From assembly GCA_045628285.1 (NCBI GenBank), contig JAZQPD010000067.1, forward strand, positions 1 to 50,887: 50,887 nucleotides of DNA, given 5' to 3'. Below are positions 27,337 through 36,054 of the stretch, piece by piece; the stretch's first letter is position 1, and every line of letters starts with the position of its first letter. Source of the stretch: Bacteroidaceae bacterium (lineage in GTDB: Bacteria > Bacteroidota > Bacteroidia > Bacteroidales > Bacteroidaceae). The notes beneath the pieces were generated by a model. The model saw only the letters and a program-made list of their open reading frames with translations. It did no database searches and was not told the origin of the DNA. Both the position numbers and the translations under genes were made by a program.

Positions 27337-29778
27337 TCAGTGAGCCTCCAGCCAGTTCTTTCCCCATCCACAGTCGGCAACGAGGGGTACCTGCATCCTG
27401 AAGGCATTCTGCATTTCCTCCACTACAAGGTGTTCCATAGCATCCTTCTCTTCCGGAAAGACACTGAAATTGAGTTCATCGTGAACCTGGAGAATCATCT
27501 TTGAGCGCAAGCCTTCGTGCCGCATCCTACGATCAATATTGATCATTGCCACCTTTATTATGTCTGCAGCCGTTCCCTGAATCGGTGCATTTATGGCATT
27601 CCGTTCGGCATAGCCCCTTACTACCGCATTGCGGCTGTTGATGTCGGGGAGGTAGCATCTGCGGCCAAAGAGAGTCTCAGTGTACATATTGTCGCGGGCA
27701 AGGTCGATGGATTTGTCCATGTACTCCTTCACCTTGGAATAAGTGGAAAAATATCCGTCGATGAGTTCCTTTGCTTCCGAGCGCGGTACCTGCATTCTCT
27801 CTGCCAGTCCGAAGGTACTGATGCCGTAGATGATTCCGAAGTTTGCGGTCTTCGCCTTCCGCCGTTCGTCGGGTGTGACTTCGGAGATAGGTTTCTTGAA
27901 TATCTTCGCAGCAGTGGCGGCATGGATGTCGTGGCCTTCGCGGAAGGCTTCTATGAGGTTCTCGTCCCCACTGAGATGTGCCATGATCCGCAGTTCTATC
28001 TGAGAATAGTCGGCTGAGAAGAAGAGGCATCCCTCGTCCGGAATGAACGCCTTGCGCACTTCCCTGCCGTTGTCGTCGCGGATTGGTATGTTCTGCAGAT
28101 TGGGATTGCTACTGCTTAGCCGGCCGGTGGAAGTGACAGCCTGATTGAAGGTGGTGTGGATATGCCCTGTCTTCGGATTGATCAGTTTCGGAAGGGCATC
28201 TATATACGTCGACAGCAGTTTCTTGTAGCCACGGTAGTCGAGGATCTTGTCGATGACAGGGTGCTTCCCCTTCAGGTTCTGCAACACTTCCTCTGAAGTC
28301 ACGTACTGGCCGGTCTTCGTCTTCTTGGCCTTGTCCACTATCCTGAGCTTATCGAAAAGGACTTCTCCCACCTGTCGTGGCGAAGAGATATTGAACTGTC
28401 CACCGGCAAGTTCATAGATTTCCTTCTCTATGCCGTCCATCCTTGATGCGAAATCGCGGGAAGTCTCGGCAAGAGATGCTGTATCAATTCTCACTCCGTT
28501 CATTTCCATTCGTGCAAGGACAGGTGCAAGAGGCATCTCCACGTTTGCAAAGAGGTCGTACAGACCTTCCTTCTTCAGTTCCTCCGTAAGTCTATTCTTT
28601 TCATCGGCAGAAGGGCGGGTCCACATGCTGTGGATGGATGAATTGAGGACATAGTTGGCGAGCATGATGTCGAACATCGGTGCTTCAGTGTCGATGCCCT
28701 TTCCGTCATGTTCCACGATGAATTTCTTGATGTCGTAACCAATTGTCGTTCCGTTGGCTACGACCAGTTCATTGTCGCTATGGTGTTTTTTATCCTCATT
28801 CTTGGCAGTGCTTGCTTCAGCAGATGCAAACAGGTCAAGCTGACCATCTGCTACCTCGTTCCTCACCTTTCTGGTCTCGCTCTTTCTTTCAGTCTGGGGT
28901 GCGGAAAGGGTGACATTCCTTCTGTTCATCAGTCCATAGAATTCCAGTTCCGTGAACAGGGAATGGAGTTCTCCGTTGTCAGTATCTTTCCTTCTCAGAG
29001 CATCGAAGTCAAGGTCTATCGGTACATCTACGGTGATGGTTGCCAGCCATTTCGATGTCCTTATCTGTTCCTTGCTGTTCTCTACCTTCGCCCTGAGCGC
29101 CCCCTTGAGTTGGTCTGTATGGTCAAGCATATTCTCGATGCTGCCAAACTGCTGGATGAGCTGGATGGCAGTCTTCGGACCGACTCCCGGACAGCCAGGG
29201 ATATTATCGGCACTGTCGCCCATCAGCCCGAGCATGTCGATGACCTGAAGCGGGTCGTTTAGCCCATACTTCTCGCAAATCTCTCTCGGGCCAAGGCGTT
29301 CGAAGTCGTTGCTTCCGTGCTGAGGCTTGAACAGAAGGACGTTCTCCTTCACCAACTGACCGTAGTCCTTATCGAGAGTCATCATGTAGGTCATCAGGTC
29401 CTTGTGCCCGGATGCCTTGTGCGAGAGTGTCCCGATGACATCGTCTGCCTCGAAACCATCCACCTCGAGCACAGGGATTCTGTATGCAGTCAGGATTTTC
29501 TTGATGTAAGGCACGGCAAGCCTGATGCCCTCTGGGGTTTCATCCCTCTGGGCTTTGTACTCAGGGTAGGCAATATGGCGGAACGTAGGTCCTTGGGGGT
29601 CGAAGGCTACACCTATATAGTCGGGCTGTTCCTTTCTCAGTACTTCCTCAAGTGAATTGACGAATCCGAAGATGGCTGATGTATTCATGCCCTTGCTGTT
29701 GATGCGTGGAGCCTTTATCAGGGCATAGTAAGCCCTGAATATCAGTGCATAGGCATCAAGAAGAATCAGTTTTTGCAT
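27337..29778 (-). CDS. polA: DNA polymerase I (5'-3' exonuclease plus polymerase; 3'-5' exonuclease region vestigial)
   Basis: 813 aa. N-terminal FEN-like domain ([16 protein letters not shown]..). Polymerase motif [13 protein letters not shown], motif [15 protein letters not shown], motif C LQVHDEL. Confidence 0.9.
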   Translation of the reverse strand: MQKLILLDAYALIFRAYYALIKAPRINSKGMNTSAIFGFVNSLEEVLRKEQPDYIGVAFDPQGPTFRHIAYPEYKAQRDETPEGIRLAVPYIKKILTAYRIPVLEVDGFEADDVIGTLSHKASGHKDLMTYMMTLDKDYGQLVKENVLLFKPQHGSNDFERLGPREICEKYGLNDPLQVIDMLGLMGDSADNIPGCPGVGPKTAIQLIQQFGSIENMLDHTDQLKGALRAKVENSKEQIRTSKWLATITVDVPIDLDFDALRRKDTDNGELHSLFTELEFYGLMNRRNVTLSAPQTERKSETRKVRNEVADGQLDLFASAEASTAKNEDKKHHSDNELVVANGTTIGYDIKKFIVEHDGKGIDTEAPMFDIMLANYVLNSSIHSMWTRPSADEKNRLTEELKKEGLYDLFANVEMPLAPVLARMEMNGVRIDTASLAETSRDFASRMDGIEKEIYELAGGQFNISSPRQVGEVLFDKLRIVDKAKKTKTGQYVTSEEVLQNLKGKHPVIDKILDYRGYKKLLSTYIDALPKLINPKTGHIHTTFNQAVTSTGRLSSSNPNLQNIPIRDDNGREVRKAFIPDEGCLFFSADYSQIELRIMAHLSGDENLIEAFREGHDIHAATAAKIFKKPISEVTPDERRKAKTANFGIIYGISTFGLAERMQVPRSEAKELIDGYFSTYSKVKEYMDKSIDLARDNMYTETLFGRRCYLPDINSRNAVVRGYAERNAINAPIQGTAADIIKVAMINIDRRMRHEGLRSKMILQVHDELNFSVFPEEKDAMEHLVVEEMQNAFRMQVPLVADCGWGKNWLEAH

Positions 29779-29821
29779 AATGGGATGAGTTGCTGCTAAA
29801 GTCTTTATGACAGGTTCTGTT

Positions 29822-30340
29822 TTATTTCACTTTCCACACTCTCAAGCAGATACAGTCGGGAGCAAAACTTGGCATGCAGACGAAGATGGCATTGTTAAGC
29901 CAGTCGTATTTGCTGTCGCCGGGAGCCTCGAACTTAGGTGCTGTGCGGAAATAGAATCCACCCTGTCCTCCCTCGTTTGATGTATGGATAAGCCCACAGT
30001 TTCGTATGTGGATGTACACTCCGTCATCCGTCTTGATGGAATAGATGGCTTCAACCTCTGTACGGCCCTTCTTCTGATCTACCAACTGATAATCGGCACC
30101 GCCACTCAGAATCTCGCCCTTCATCTTCGGACCCTCGAATGTCCCGCCAAGGATTGGGATCACCGTCCTCATTCCGTGGGCAGTCTGCCCTACGGTATAG
30201 GCAGCACCGCATTTCACCCTCAATTCACATACATATTCAAGTTCGGGACCTCTTGGAGTCTCTGCAGTCTGAGCATTCATCGTAAAAGTATATCCAGCCA
30301 TCAAGACAGCAATCACAATACAAAATAAGGATTTTTTCAT
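29822..30340 (-). CDS. DUF3237-family secreted protein
   Basis: 172 aa. Signal peptide. The block IPILGGTFEGPKMKGEILSGGADYQL is typical of DUF3237/UPF0311 proteins as I recall them. Confidence 0.6.
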   Translation of the reverse strand: MKKSLFCIVIAVLMAGYTFTMNAQTAETPRGPELEYVCELRVKCGAAYTVGQTAHGMRTVIPILGGTFEGPKMKGEILSGGADYQLVDQKKGRTEVEAIYSIKTDDGVYIHIRNCGLIHTSNEGGQGGFYFRTAPKFEAPGDSKYDWLNNAIFVCMPSFAPDCICLRVWKVK

Positions 30341-30386
30341 AACATTTTAATTTTAGTAAGATGAGTAATGAATTGTTTTTGGAATG

Positions 30387-30394
30387 CAAAAATA
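30387..30394 (-). promoter_or_regulatory. Putative -7 box (TATTTTTG) for the DUF3237-polA-tdk unit
   Basis: Lies 47 nt upstream of ATG 30340. Confidence 0.4.
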
Positions 30395-30455
30395 CGAAAT
30401 TGTATTTAATCGGCAAAGATTTTTCACAAGAAAGTTTTCGTTATCGTTTTAGTGG

Positions 30456-30478
30456 CTTCAAGACACAGGGTTTTGCAC
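30456..30478 (+). repeat. Dispersed repeat, partial copy (CTTCAAGACACAGGGTTTTGCAC)
   Basis: Shares CTTCAAGACACAG.GTTTT with copy 5624..5664. Confidence 0.6.
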
Positions 30479-30663
30479 GCAGATACACTCAAGGTTGAAC
30501 TGAGACACACTCAAGGTTGAGTCCACCTCGGCTCAACATCGGTTCCGTCACCGCCCAAGACCGCGCAGAACCTCAAACCAAGCGACACTGGAATGGGGTG
30601 AATCTTTCGTGAATTTCTTGGAGCCTTAATGCATATAGTTTTCAATAAATTTGTTGGTGTCGG

Positions 30664-30671
30664 TAATTTTG
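30664..30671 (+). promoter_or_regulatory. Putative -7 box (TAATTTTG) for the phosphatase-STAS unit
   Basis: Lies 45 nt upstream of ATG 30716. Confidence 0.45.
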
Positions 30672-30715
30672 CCTAAATTTACACACTGAAATTTACGATT
30701 AACCAGTTTGGAAAG

Positions 30716-32914
30716 ATGAAAAAGTTGAAATTTCGTAAGCTGTACATTGACTTCACCCTTGTAGTGGTGCTGATTGGTACGTTGGTCTTTGCCACTGGTT
30801 TCGGATTGTGTCTGTACATGTCGCGTACCAATACGGAGAAGATGATGGAGAAGGCCGTGCAGGACAACCTGAACCTGCTATACACATATATCGACGGTCA
30901 GCTCAACTCGGTGGAGAACATGATGTATTCTTTCTGCTGGGCAGACAATAAGGATTACGCCGTCTGTGCTCCGTTCAGCGAGTTGCAGGAATATAGCATT
31001 TCGGACTTGTTCGAATCAGTACTGAATATCGACTCTCTGATAAGTGGAGTTGCCGTTGCCTTGGCTCCTCCCTACAGGGGACATCAGCCACATAAATATG
31101 GTTATGCACTGTATTGTGCCAACAATAAGAGCAGGAAGGTTGAAATCCTGAATATCGGTGATTTATACGACTATACACAAAAACCATGGTATCATATACC
31201 GATGACAACCAAAAAGGTGTTCTGGACGAAACCATTTTTCGAAACGAGCAAGCACGACCTTGTCACCAGTTTCAGCCTGCCTCTGGTGGAAGCCGACCGT
31301 ACCTCCATGGTCGGAGTCCTTGTGGTTGACATCTCCATGGAACGGTTCCAGAATATGTGTTCGAAGATATTGCCGTACAGGAATTCGAAGACAGTAATCA
31401 TCGACGAGGACTACCGGTTTATCTGCCATCCAGACTCCACCAAACTGATGAAGGACATTGATGATGAAAGCGGTAAAGGGTATTATGCCGAACTGAAGAG
31501 GCAGATTGCAATTTGCGATAGTGGAGTGGTTACGCTGTCGGACGGCGGGTCGGAGTCGTTGCTTTATTATGAGAAGGTTCCCCGTACCGGGTGGACAATC
31601 GGGATTGAATGTCCAGAGGATGAGATATTCAGAGAATCGAATGCTCTCGGACACCACATGCTCGTGATTGCCATCATAAGCATCATCCTCATGACTGTCT
31701 GTTTCCATTATCTCTACAAGAGGCTCGTGAGGGCAACGACCTACAATGCCGACATTCAGAGTGACCTGAATATTGCCACCAAGGTGCAGATGAGTATCCT
31801 GCCGAAGGGCCAGCCTGCCCTGATGGAGAGGAAAGACATAGATTTGCATGGATTCCTGAAGACTGCAATGTCAGTCGGTGGAGACCTGTATGACTACATG
31901 GTGCGCGACGACAAGCTCTTCTTCTGCATAGGTGACGTATCGGGCAAGGGAGTCCCTGCCTCGCTGTTTATGTTTGCCATTACCACCTTCTTCCATAGTC
32001 TGGCAAGGACGACGAACAGCACGACCGGGATTGTGTCGGCACTCAATGAGGCTATAGCTTCCAACAATAAGGACCTGACCTTCTGCACCCTCTTCGTCGG
32101 AATCCTCGACCTGAAGACGGGAATTCTGGAATATTGCAATGCAGGACACGACGGGCCTGTGGTTGTCTCTACAGACGGGGATGGCAGGAAATCCGCCAGA
32201 TTCCTTGAAGTGGAGAGCAACATAGCCACCGGAATCCTTGGTGGATACCATTATCGTGAACAGAGGTGCAGACTGCAGCCGGGTGACATCATCTTCCTCT
32301 TCACGGATGGAGTGACTGAAGCAAAGAATGCAGACGGAAAACTCTTCGGACTTGATGCCACATTGCAAGCTGTGAGGGATGTATGTGGCGCGGATACCTC
32401 TATTGCCGACAAGGTGAACGGCATCTATGAGGACATATTGAAGCATACGGCGGGGGTGGAACAGAGTGACGATATCACCATGCTCATGGTGAGGTACAAC
32501 GGGAAGTCGGTCACTCTTGAAAACGATGTGGACAAACTGCCGGAATTGACGGAGTTCGTGAAGGAAATATGCAACGGGCTTTCGGTCAGTGATGACTGTA
32601 GAAGTAGCATACTGGTGGCTGCGGACGAAATCGGTTCCAACATCGCCATGTACGCTTATCCCGATGGCGAGGACAATACCTTTACCGTAAGGTTCAGGAA
32701 GGAGGGAGACGAACTTGTCTTTACATTCGAGGATTCAGGAGTGCCGTTTGACCCAACCATAGAGCATGAGGTCGACACTGAGTCTTCGTGTGCAGAACGT
32801 TCTATAGGCGGACTGGGAATTTTCCTGACCCAACAACTGATGGATAGGATAGAGTACAGGCGCGAAGCCGGCAAGAACATACTTACTGTGGCAAAAGTTT
32901 TTGCCACGGAGTGA
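30716..32914 (+). CDS. Membrane sensor protein: Cache-like periplasmic domain - PP2C/SpoIIE phosphatase - RsbW-like HATPase domain
   Basis: 732 aa. Two TM helices flank a Cache-like region (KPWYHIPMTTKKVFWTKPF). PP2C blocks are present (VGGDLYDY, CIGDVSGKGVPASLFM, LFTDGVTEA, SDDITMLMV). The C-terminal GHKL-type block (FEDSGVPFDP, GGLGIFL) resembles anti-sigma-factor kinases. Confidence 0.8.
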   Translation: MKKLKFRKLYIDFTLVVVLIGTLVFATGFGLCLYMSRTNTEKMMEKAVQDNLNLLYTYIDGQLNSVENMMYSFCWADNKDYAVCAPFSELQEYSISDLFESVLNIDSLISGVAVALAPPYRGHQPHKYGYALYCANNKSRKVEILNIGDLYDYTQKPWYHIPMTTKKVFWTKPFFETSKHDLVTSFSLPLVEADRTSMVGVLVVDISMERFQNMCSKILPYRNSKTVIIDEDYRFICHPDSTKLMKDIDDESGKGYYAELKRQIAICDSGVVTLSDGGSESLLYYEKVPRTGWTIGIECPEDEIFRESNALGHHMLVIAIISIILMTVCFHYLYKRLVRATTYNADIQSDLNIATKVQMSILPKGQPALMERKDIDLHGFLKTAMSVGGDLYDYMVRDDKLFFCIGDVSGKGVPASLFMFAITTFFHSLARTTNSTTGIVSALNEAIASNNKDLTFCTLFVGILDLKTGILEYCNAGHDGPVVVSTDGDGRKSARFLEVESNIATGILGGYHYREQRCRLQPGDIIFLFTDGVTEAKNADGKLFGLDATLQAVRDVCGADTSIADKVNGIYEDILKHTAGVEQSDDITMLMVRYNGKSVTLENDVDKLPELTEFVKEICNGLSVSDDCRSSILVAADEIGSNIAMYAYPDGEDNTFTVRFRKEGDELVFTFEDSGVPFDPTIEHEVDTESSCAERSIGGLGIFLTQQLMDRIEYRREAGKNILTVAKVFATE

Positions 32915-32931
32915 AAAGTGAAGAGTGAAAA
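32911..32931 (+). repeat. Heptad array (3 units) starting at the stop codon of the phosphatase gene
   Basis: gtgaaaa|gtgaaga|gtgaaaa. The TGA stop (32912-32914) lies inside unit 1. Confidence 0.6.
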
Positions 32932-32958
32932 ATATTAACCCTCAAATACATTTGAATT

Positions 32959-33255
32959 ATGAAACTGACAATTATTGAGAAAGAGAACGTGATAGAAAGT
33001 AAAATAGTAGGTGCATTCGACACAGCCGCAACGAAGACTGTAGACATGCAGCCTCTGCTTGACAATGCCGACAAGAAAATCGTATTTGACTGCTCTGAAA
33101 TGGAGTTCATCACGTCTGCAGGTCTGCGGCTTTTGCTTGCTCTGAGCAAGGAATGTCTGAACAAAGGCGGCAGTATCGTGCTCAAAGGTGTGGCTCCTGC
33201 AGTCATGAGAGTATTCCAAGTTGCCGGATTCACGCAGTTCTTTACTTTCGAATAA
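32959..33255 (+). CDS. STAS-domain anti-sigma-factor antagonist (SpoIIAA/RsbV-like)
   Basis: 98 aa. The typical phosphorylatable-Ser context FDCSEMEFITSAGLRLLL. Lies 44 nt downstream of the phosphatase/kinase fusion. Confidence 0.8.
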   Translation: MKLTIIEKENVIESKIVGAFDTAATKTVDMQPLLDNADKKIVFDCSEMEFITSAGLRLLLALSKECLNKGGSIVLKGVAPAVMRVFQVAGFTQFFTFE

Positions 33256-33345
33256 AAATTTACGGCTAATTCACGGAACCTCGAGCTCTGCTCAGTTTAT
33301 GTTGAGTTTATCGAGGTACCTGAACATATCGAAGAAACAATATTA

Positions 33346-34728
33346 CTATTCTTCACTTACGCAGAGTATTTCTTCATCGCTGTAATGTGGACAATTTGTT
33401 GAAGGTGCAAACACATTGAGTTCTTTGTTTTTTGCATCTATGTTGCGCATCAACTGAGCCTTTACAGCCTTTACAGCCTGTTCGCAGTCCTGCGTTTCCT
33501 CTGGACGGAATGTATTGATTTCGTTGAACAACCTGATGAGTGACCTGCCAACAGCCCATGCAAGATTGACAGGTACGGCATTGCCTATCTGCTTGTATTG
33601 CTCGTTTATCGTACCTTGGAATTTCCAGTCATCGGGGAATGTCTGGATTCGTGCATACTCCCGGACTGTGAGTGGTCGTGTCTCTGTTGGATGACATCGT
33701 TCAGTCTGCTTCTGGCATGGAGAGCATGTGAGCGTCAGAGATGGTTCGTCTAATGACAGTCTCCGGGCCATTCCGGTCTTTCCTCCACCTAATAGCCAAC
33801 TGCCTCCCATGTATTCTTTTGCAATTTCGGTAGGGAGGTCTCGCCAATCACCGCCTTGGGGAACCAACTCCAATACTTGTCTCTTCTTCTCAGGATATTT
33901 ATTTCCTGCTGAAGTAGGAACATCTGTGTCATAAATCACGCTTTTATATAGGGCATCACGCAGTGTCATGATACGCCCGTATGGCGATGGCCATCGGAAT
34001 TTGACATGCTTTGCGAAATCATTACGTATTGCTATGAGAATCAAGCGTTCTCTCTTTTGAGGAACTTGATACATTATAGCTTTGAGTACATGTGGTTCTA
34101 CGAGTGTGTAACCAAGATCAATGATTGCATTCTTGATTGTCTCAAATGTGCGGCTTTCATCGTGAGAAGTAAGTCCCTTGACATTTTCGCCCAGAAATAC
34201 TTTAGGCTGTATCTCACGAACGGCTCGGCATAATTCAAAGAATAACGTACCTCGTGTGTCCTCAAATCCACCTTGCTTGCCTGCGTAAGAAAATGCTTGG
34301 CACGGGAATCCGCCTGAAACGAAGTCCACTTTACCACGCAATGGCGTGAAATCAATACTTCGCACATCACCTTCAATGACATTCCATTCAGGATGGTTTG
34401 CACGCAAAGTCTTACATGCCGACTTATCGAATTCATTCAACATGACATGTGAAAATCCTGCCATTGACAGTCCCAGTGCCAATCCACCGCCTCCGGCAAA
34501 CAACTCAACGGAAGTGAACTGTCGCTGCGGGGTTACGCCAAATTCGTCATTCCAATGATTGTTGACCATATCACGGATTTCAGAGATGTCTTGCAAGTCT
34601 TCCATATTGAATCCAGTGGTTCCGGATTCATTCTTTACTGTTGGATAGACTTGCTTTCTGCTCCAAGCCTGAACAGCTGCCAACGATGTGCCTGTTATTG
34701 CAGCAAGATTGCTTTCAGATATGAACAT
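33346..34728 (-). CDS. DNA (cytosine-5)-methyltransferase
   Basis: 460 aa. Motif I FAGGGGL, motif IV GGFPCQAFS, motif VI ENVKGL, motif VIII QKRERL, then QTFPDDW and motif X GNAVPV. There is an extra ~70-aa N-terminal and a ~70-aa C-terminal extension. The ATG overlaps the upstream ORF stop by 1 nt. Confidence 0.9.
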   Translation of the reverse strand: MFISESNLAAITGTSLAAVQAWSRKQVYPTVKNESGTTGFNMEDLQDISEIRDMVNNHWNDEFGVTPQRQFTSVELFAGGGGLALGLSMAGFSHVMLNEFDKSACKTLRANHPEWNVIEGDVRSIDFTPLRGKVDFVSGGFPCQAFSYAGKQGGFEDTRGTLFFELCRAVREIQPKVFLGENVKGLTSHDESRTFETIKNAIIDLGYTLVEPHVLKAIMYQVPQKRERLILIAIRNDFAKHVKFRWPSPYGRIMTLRDALYKSVIYDTDVPTSAGNKYPEKKRQVLELVPQGGDWRDLPTEIAKEYMGGSWLLGGGKTGMARRLSLDEPSLTLTCSPCQKQTERCHPTETRPLTVREYARIQTFPDDWKFQGTINEQYKQIGNAVPVNLAWAVGRSLIRLFNEINTFRPEETQDCEQAVKAVKAQLMRNIDAKNKELNVFAPSTNCPHYSDEEILCVSEE

Positions 34729-35438
34729 TATAATCCTCCCTTTGCTTTGATTTCATCTGCAAGTTCTTCTATCTTGCGCATGATTAACTCACTGCCATCA
34801 ATACCTTCTTCTTCAACAACCTCACCAAATGCTTTTGCAAGCTTGTTGTAGAAAGTCTTGTCGCCAGTAAGGTGTTCCCAAAATTCTACACCACAATAAA
34901 CCGGATAACTTGCGCGGATAGTCTTGTAGTTTGCTGACATATCTTTACCATAGAGAATGCCTACGACCATATCGTCCATCTGCAATGGAATGCGATCGAG
35001 GCGTGCCTTACCAATGAGTTTCTTGAAATGTCCCATAATCGTGATGACATCGTCCTTGTTTATTGTCTGCGGTCCTGCCTTGCATTGGCAATACTTCTTG
35101 CGACCATCAAGCGCATCTACAAATTCAATGTCTATTCCATCGATACCTGATGCACAGCCTGTAATTTCTGACAATTAGGAAATGAATATCTGAATATTTT
35201 GTCCGAAACTTGTATTGATGCTGGTTCCTAAGATTCGTGGGTAAAGCAGAGCTTTTGCCAATGATTCAGGTTCAGTATTACCACATAGGAATGATGCCAG
35301 GTAGTTTATCAAGAATGGATTAACATTGAAGTCCTTCAAATGCAAATTGTTAATGTTTTTCAAATGACTTGGAATGATTATCTTACGGAAATAGTCCTTT
35401 CCACTTGCAATGATGCTTTGCTTCTGCTCTTTGTTCAT
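34728..35438 (-). pseudogene. Type II restriction endonuclease gene interrupted by a single in-frame TAA
   Basis: ORFs 35175..35438(-) and 34728..35174(-) are in the same frame and are separated only by TAA (plus-strand tta 35175-35177): ..NIQIFIS*LSEITGCASGIDGIDIEFVD..KKYCQCKAGPQTIN. The second part has no ATG (the track begins it at TTG). A nuclease-like D...D-x-E...QCK block spans the second part. Translationally coupled to the C5 MTase. Confidence 0.6.
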
Positions 35439-35466
35439 ATTGATATTGTCTTTTTAATCTTTCTTG

Positions 35467-35474
35467 CAAAGATA
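35467..35474 (-). promoter_or_regulatory. Putative -7 box (TATCTTTG) for the R-M unit
   Basis: Lies ~30 nt upstream of ATG 35438. Confidence 0.45.
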
Positions 35475-35583
35475 ATAAAAAAAATAGAAATCAATAATAA
35501 TTTTTCCTTTTTTCTCCCTTCTACCTTCTCACTACATTTTCGTTTCCTTCGAGGAGGCAGATTGGGTTGGTAAGGGTGTTGAG

Positions 35584-35624
35584 GGTATTGGGGGCACCAG
35601 TAATACCCCGTGTTTTGAAGTCAA
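35584..35624 (-). repeat. Dispersed repeat copy, reverse orientation
   Basis: The reverse complement reads TTGACTTCAAAACACGGGGTATTACTGGTGCCCCC... Confidence 0.7.
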
Positions 35625-35902
35625 CTGACCTCGTGGCGCAATTCAATAATATTCTTAACATCTCGCAGAGGACAACTTGGGCTTGCAGCCCCATATTGCA
35701 TTGATGTCTGCTGACTGTAAGTCTTTTCTAGTCTTCCATCAGCATCCCTCACTGCAATATTGCGTACTTTGCAGGTACTCCAAGTTGTCTCGCAGAGAAG
35801 CAGAGTATCGCAGAGACTTGTACTACAGGCTTTTGCAATAGTCGGTTACAATCCGCATGGCTTTTGCGATACTTTGCTTTCTCTACGAGAAATTTTAACC
35901 TC

Positions 35903-35937
35903 TTGACTTAGTCATGCAAACACAGGATTTTGCAGGT
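35903..35937 (+). repeat. Dispersed repeat, degenerate copy with an 8-nt insertion
   Basis: TTGACTT[agtcatgc]AAACACAGGATTTTGCAGG. About 17 of 20 nt match copy 30456..30478 after the insertion. Confidence 0.5.
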
Positions 35938-35999
35938 GAGCCGGGTATTGGCATAGTTTTTTTCTGTCTTCTTTGGTGTAGATATTGGGAATTTTTATT

Positions 36000-36007
36000 T
36001 AAATTTG
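36000..36007 (+). promoter_or_regulatory. Putative -7 box (TAAATTTG) for the NRPS gene
   Basis: Lies 48 nt upstream of ATG 36055. It is too close to 36016/36019 for those to be the start. Confidence 0.45.
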
Positions 36008-36054
36008 CAGACTGATTGATGTGTAATTCGAGAATTTGTAAAAATATTAGAAAT

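Noticed and set aside
33277-33317. Hairpin (acctcga ... tcgaggt) between the convergent STAS and methyltransferase genes as a terminator
   Set aside because: It has a 7-bp stem, a 26-nt loop and no T tract. That is too weak to call.
35505-35565. Possible island boundary repeats: the pyrimidine-rich tract with tctaccttct plus GCAGATTGG at 35505-35565, compared with agaaggtaga plus GCAGATTGG at 49024-49041, bracketing the NRPS and GH2
   Set aside because: Only 9-10-nt matches were seen. Matches of that length are expected by chance in 50 kb, and the purine/pyrimidine tracts do not otherwise align. This is not enough to call att sites or terminal repeats.
36016-36054. Upstream TTG (36016) or ATG (36019) as the NRPS start
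   Set aside because: The best -7 box ends at 36007, so transcription probably starts around 36013-36018, too close for these codons. The encoded MMCNSRICKNIRN stretch has no counterpart in C domains. ATG 36055 is preferred but unproven.
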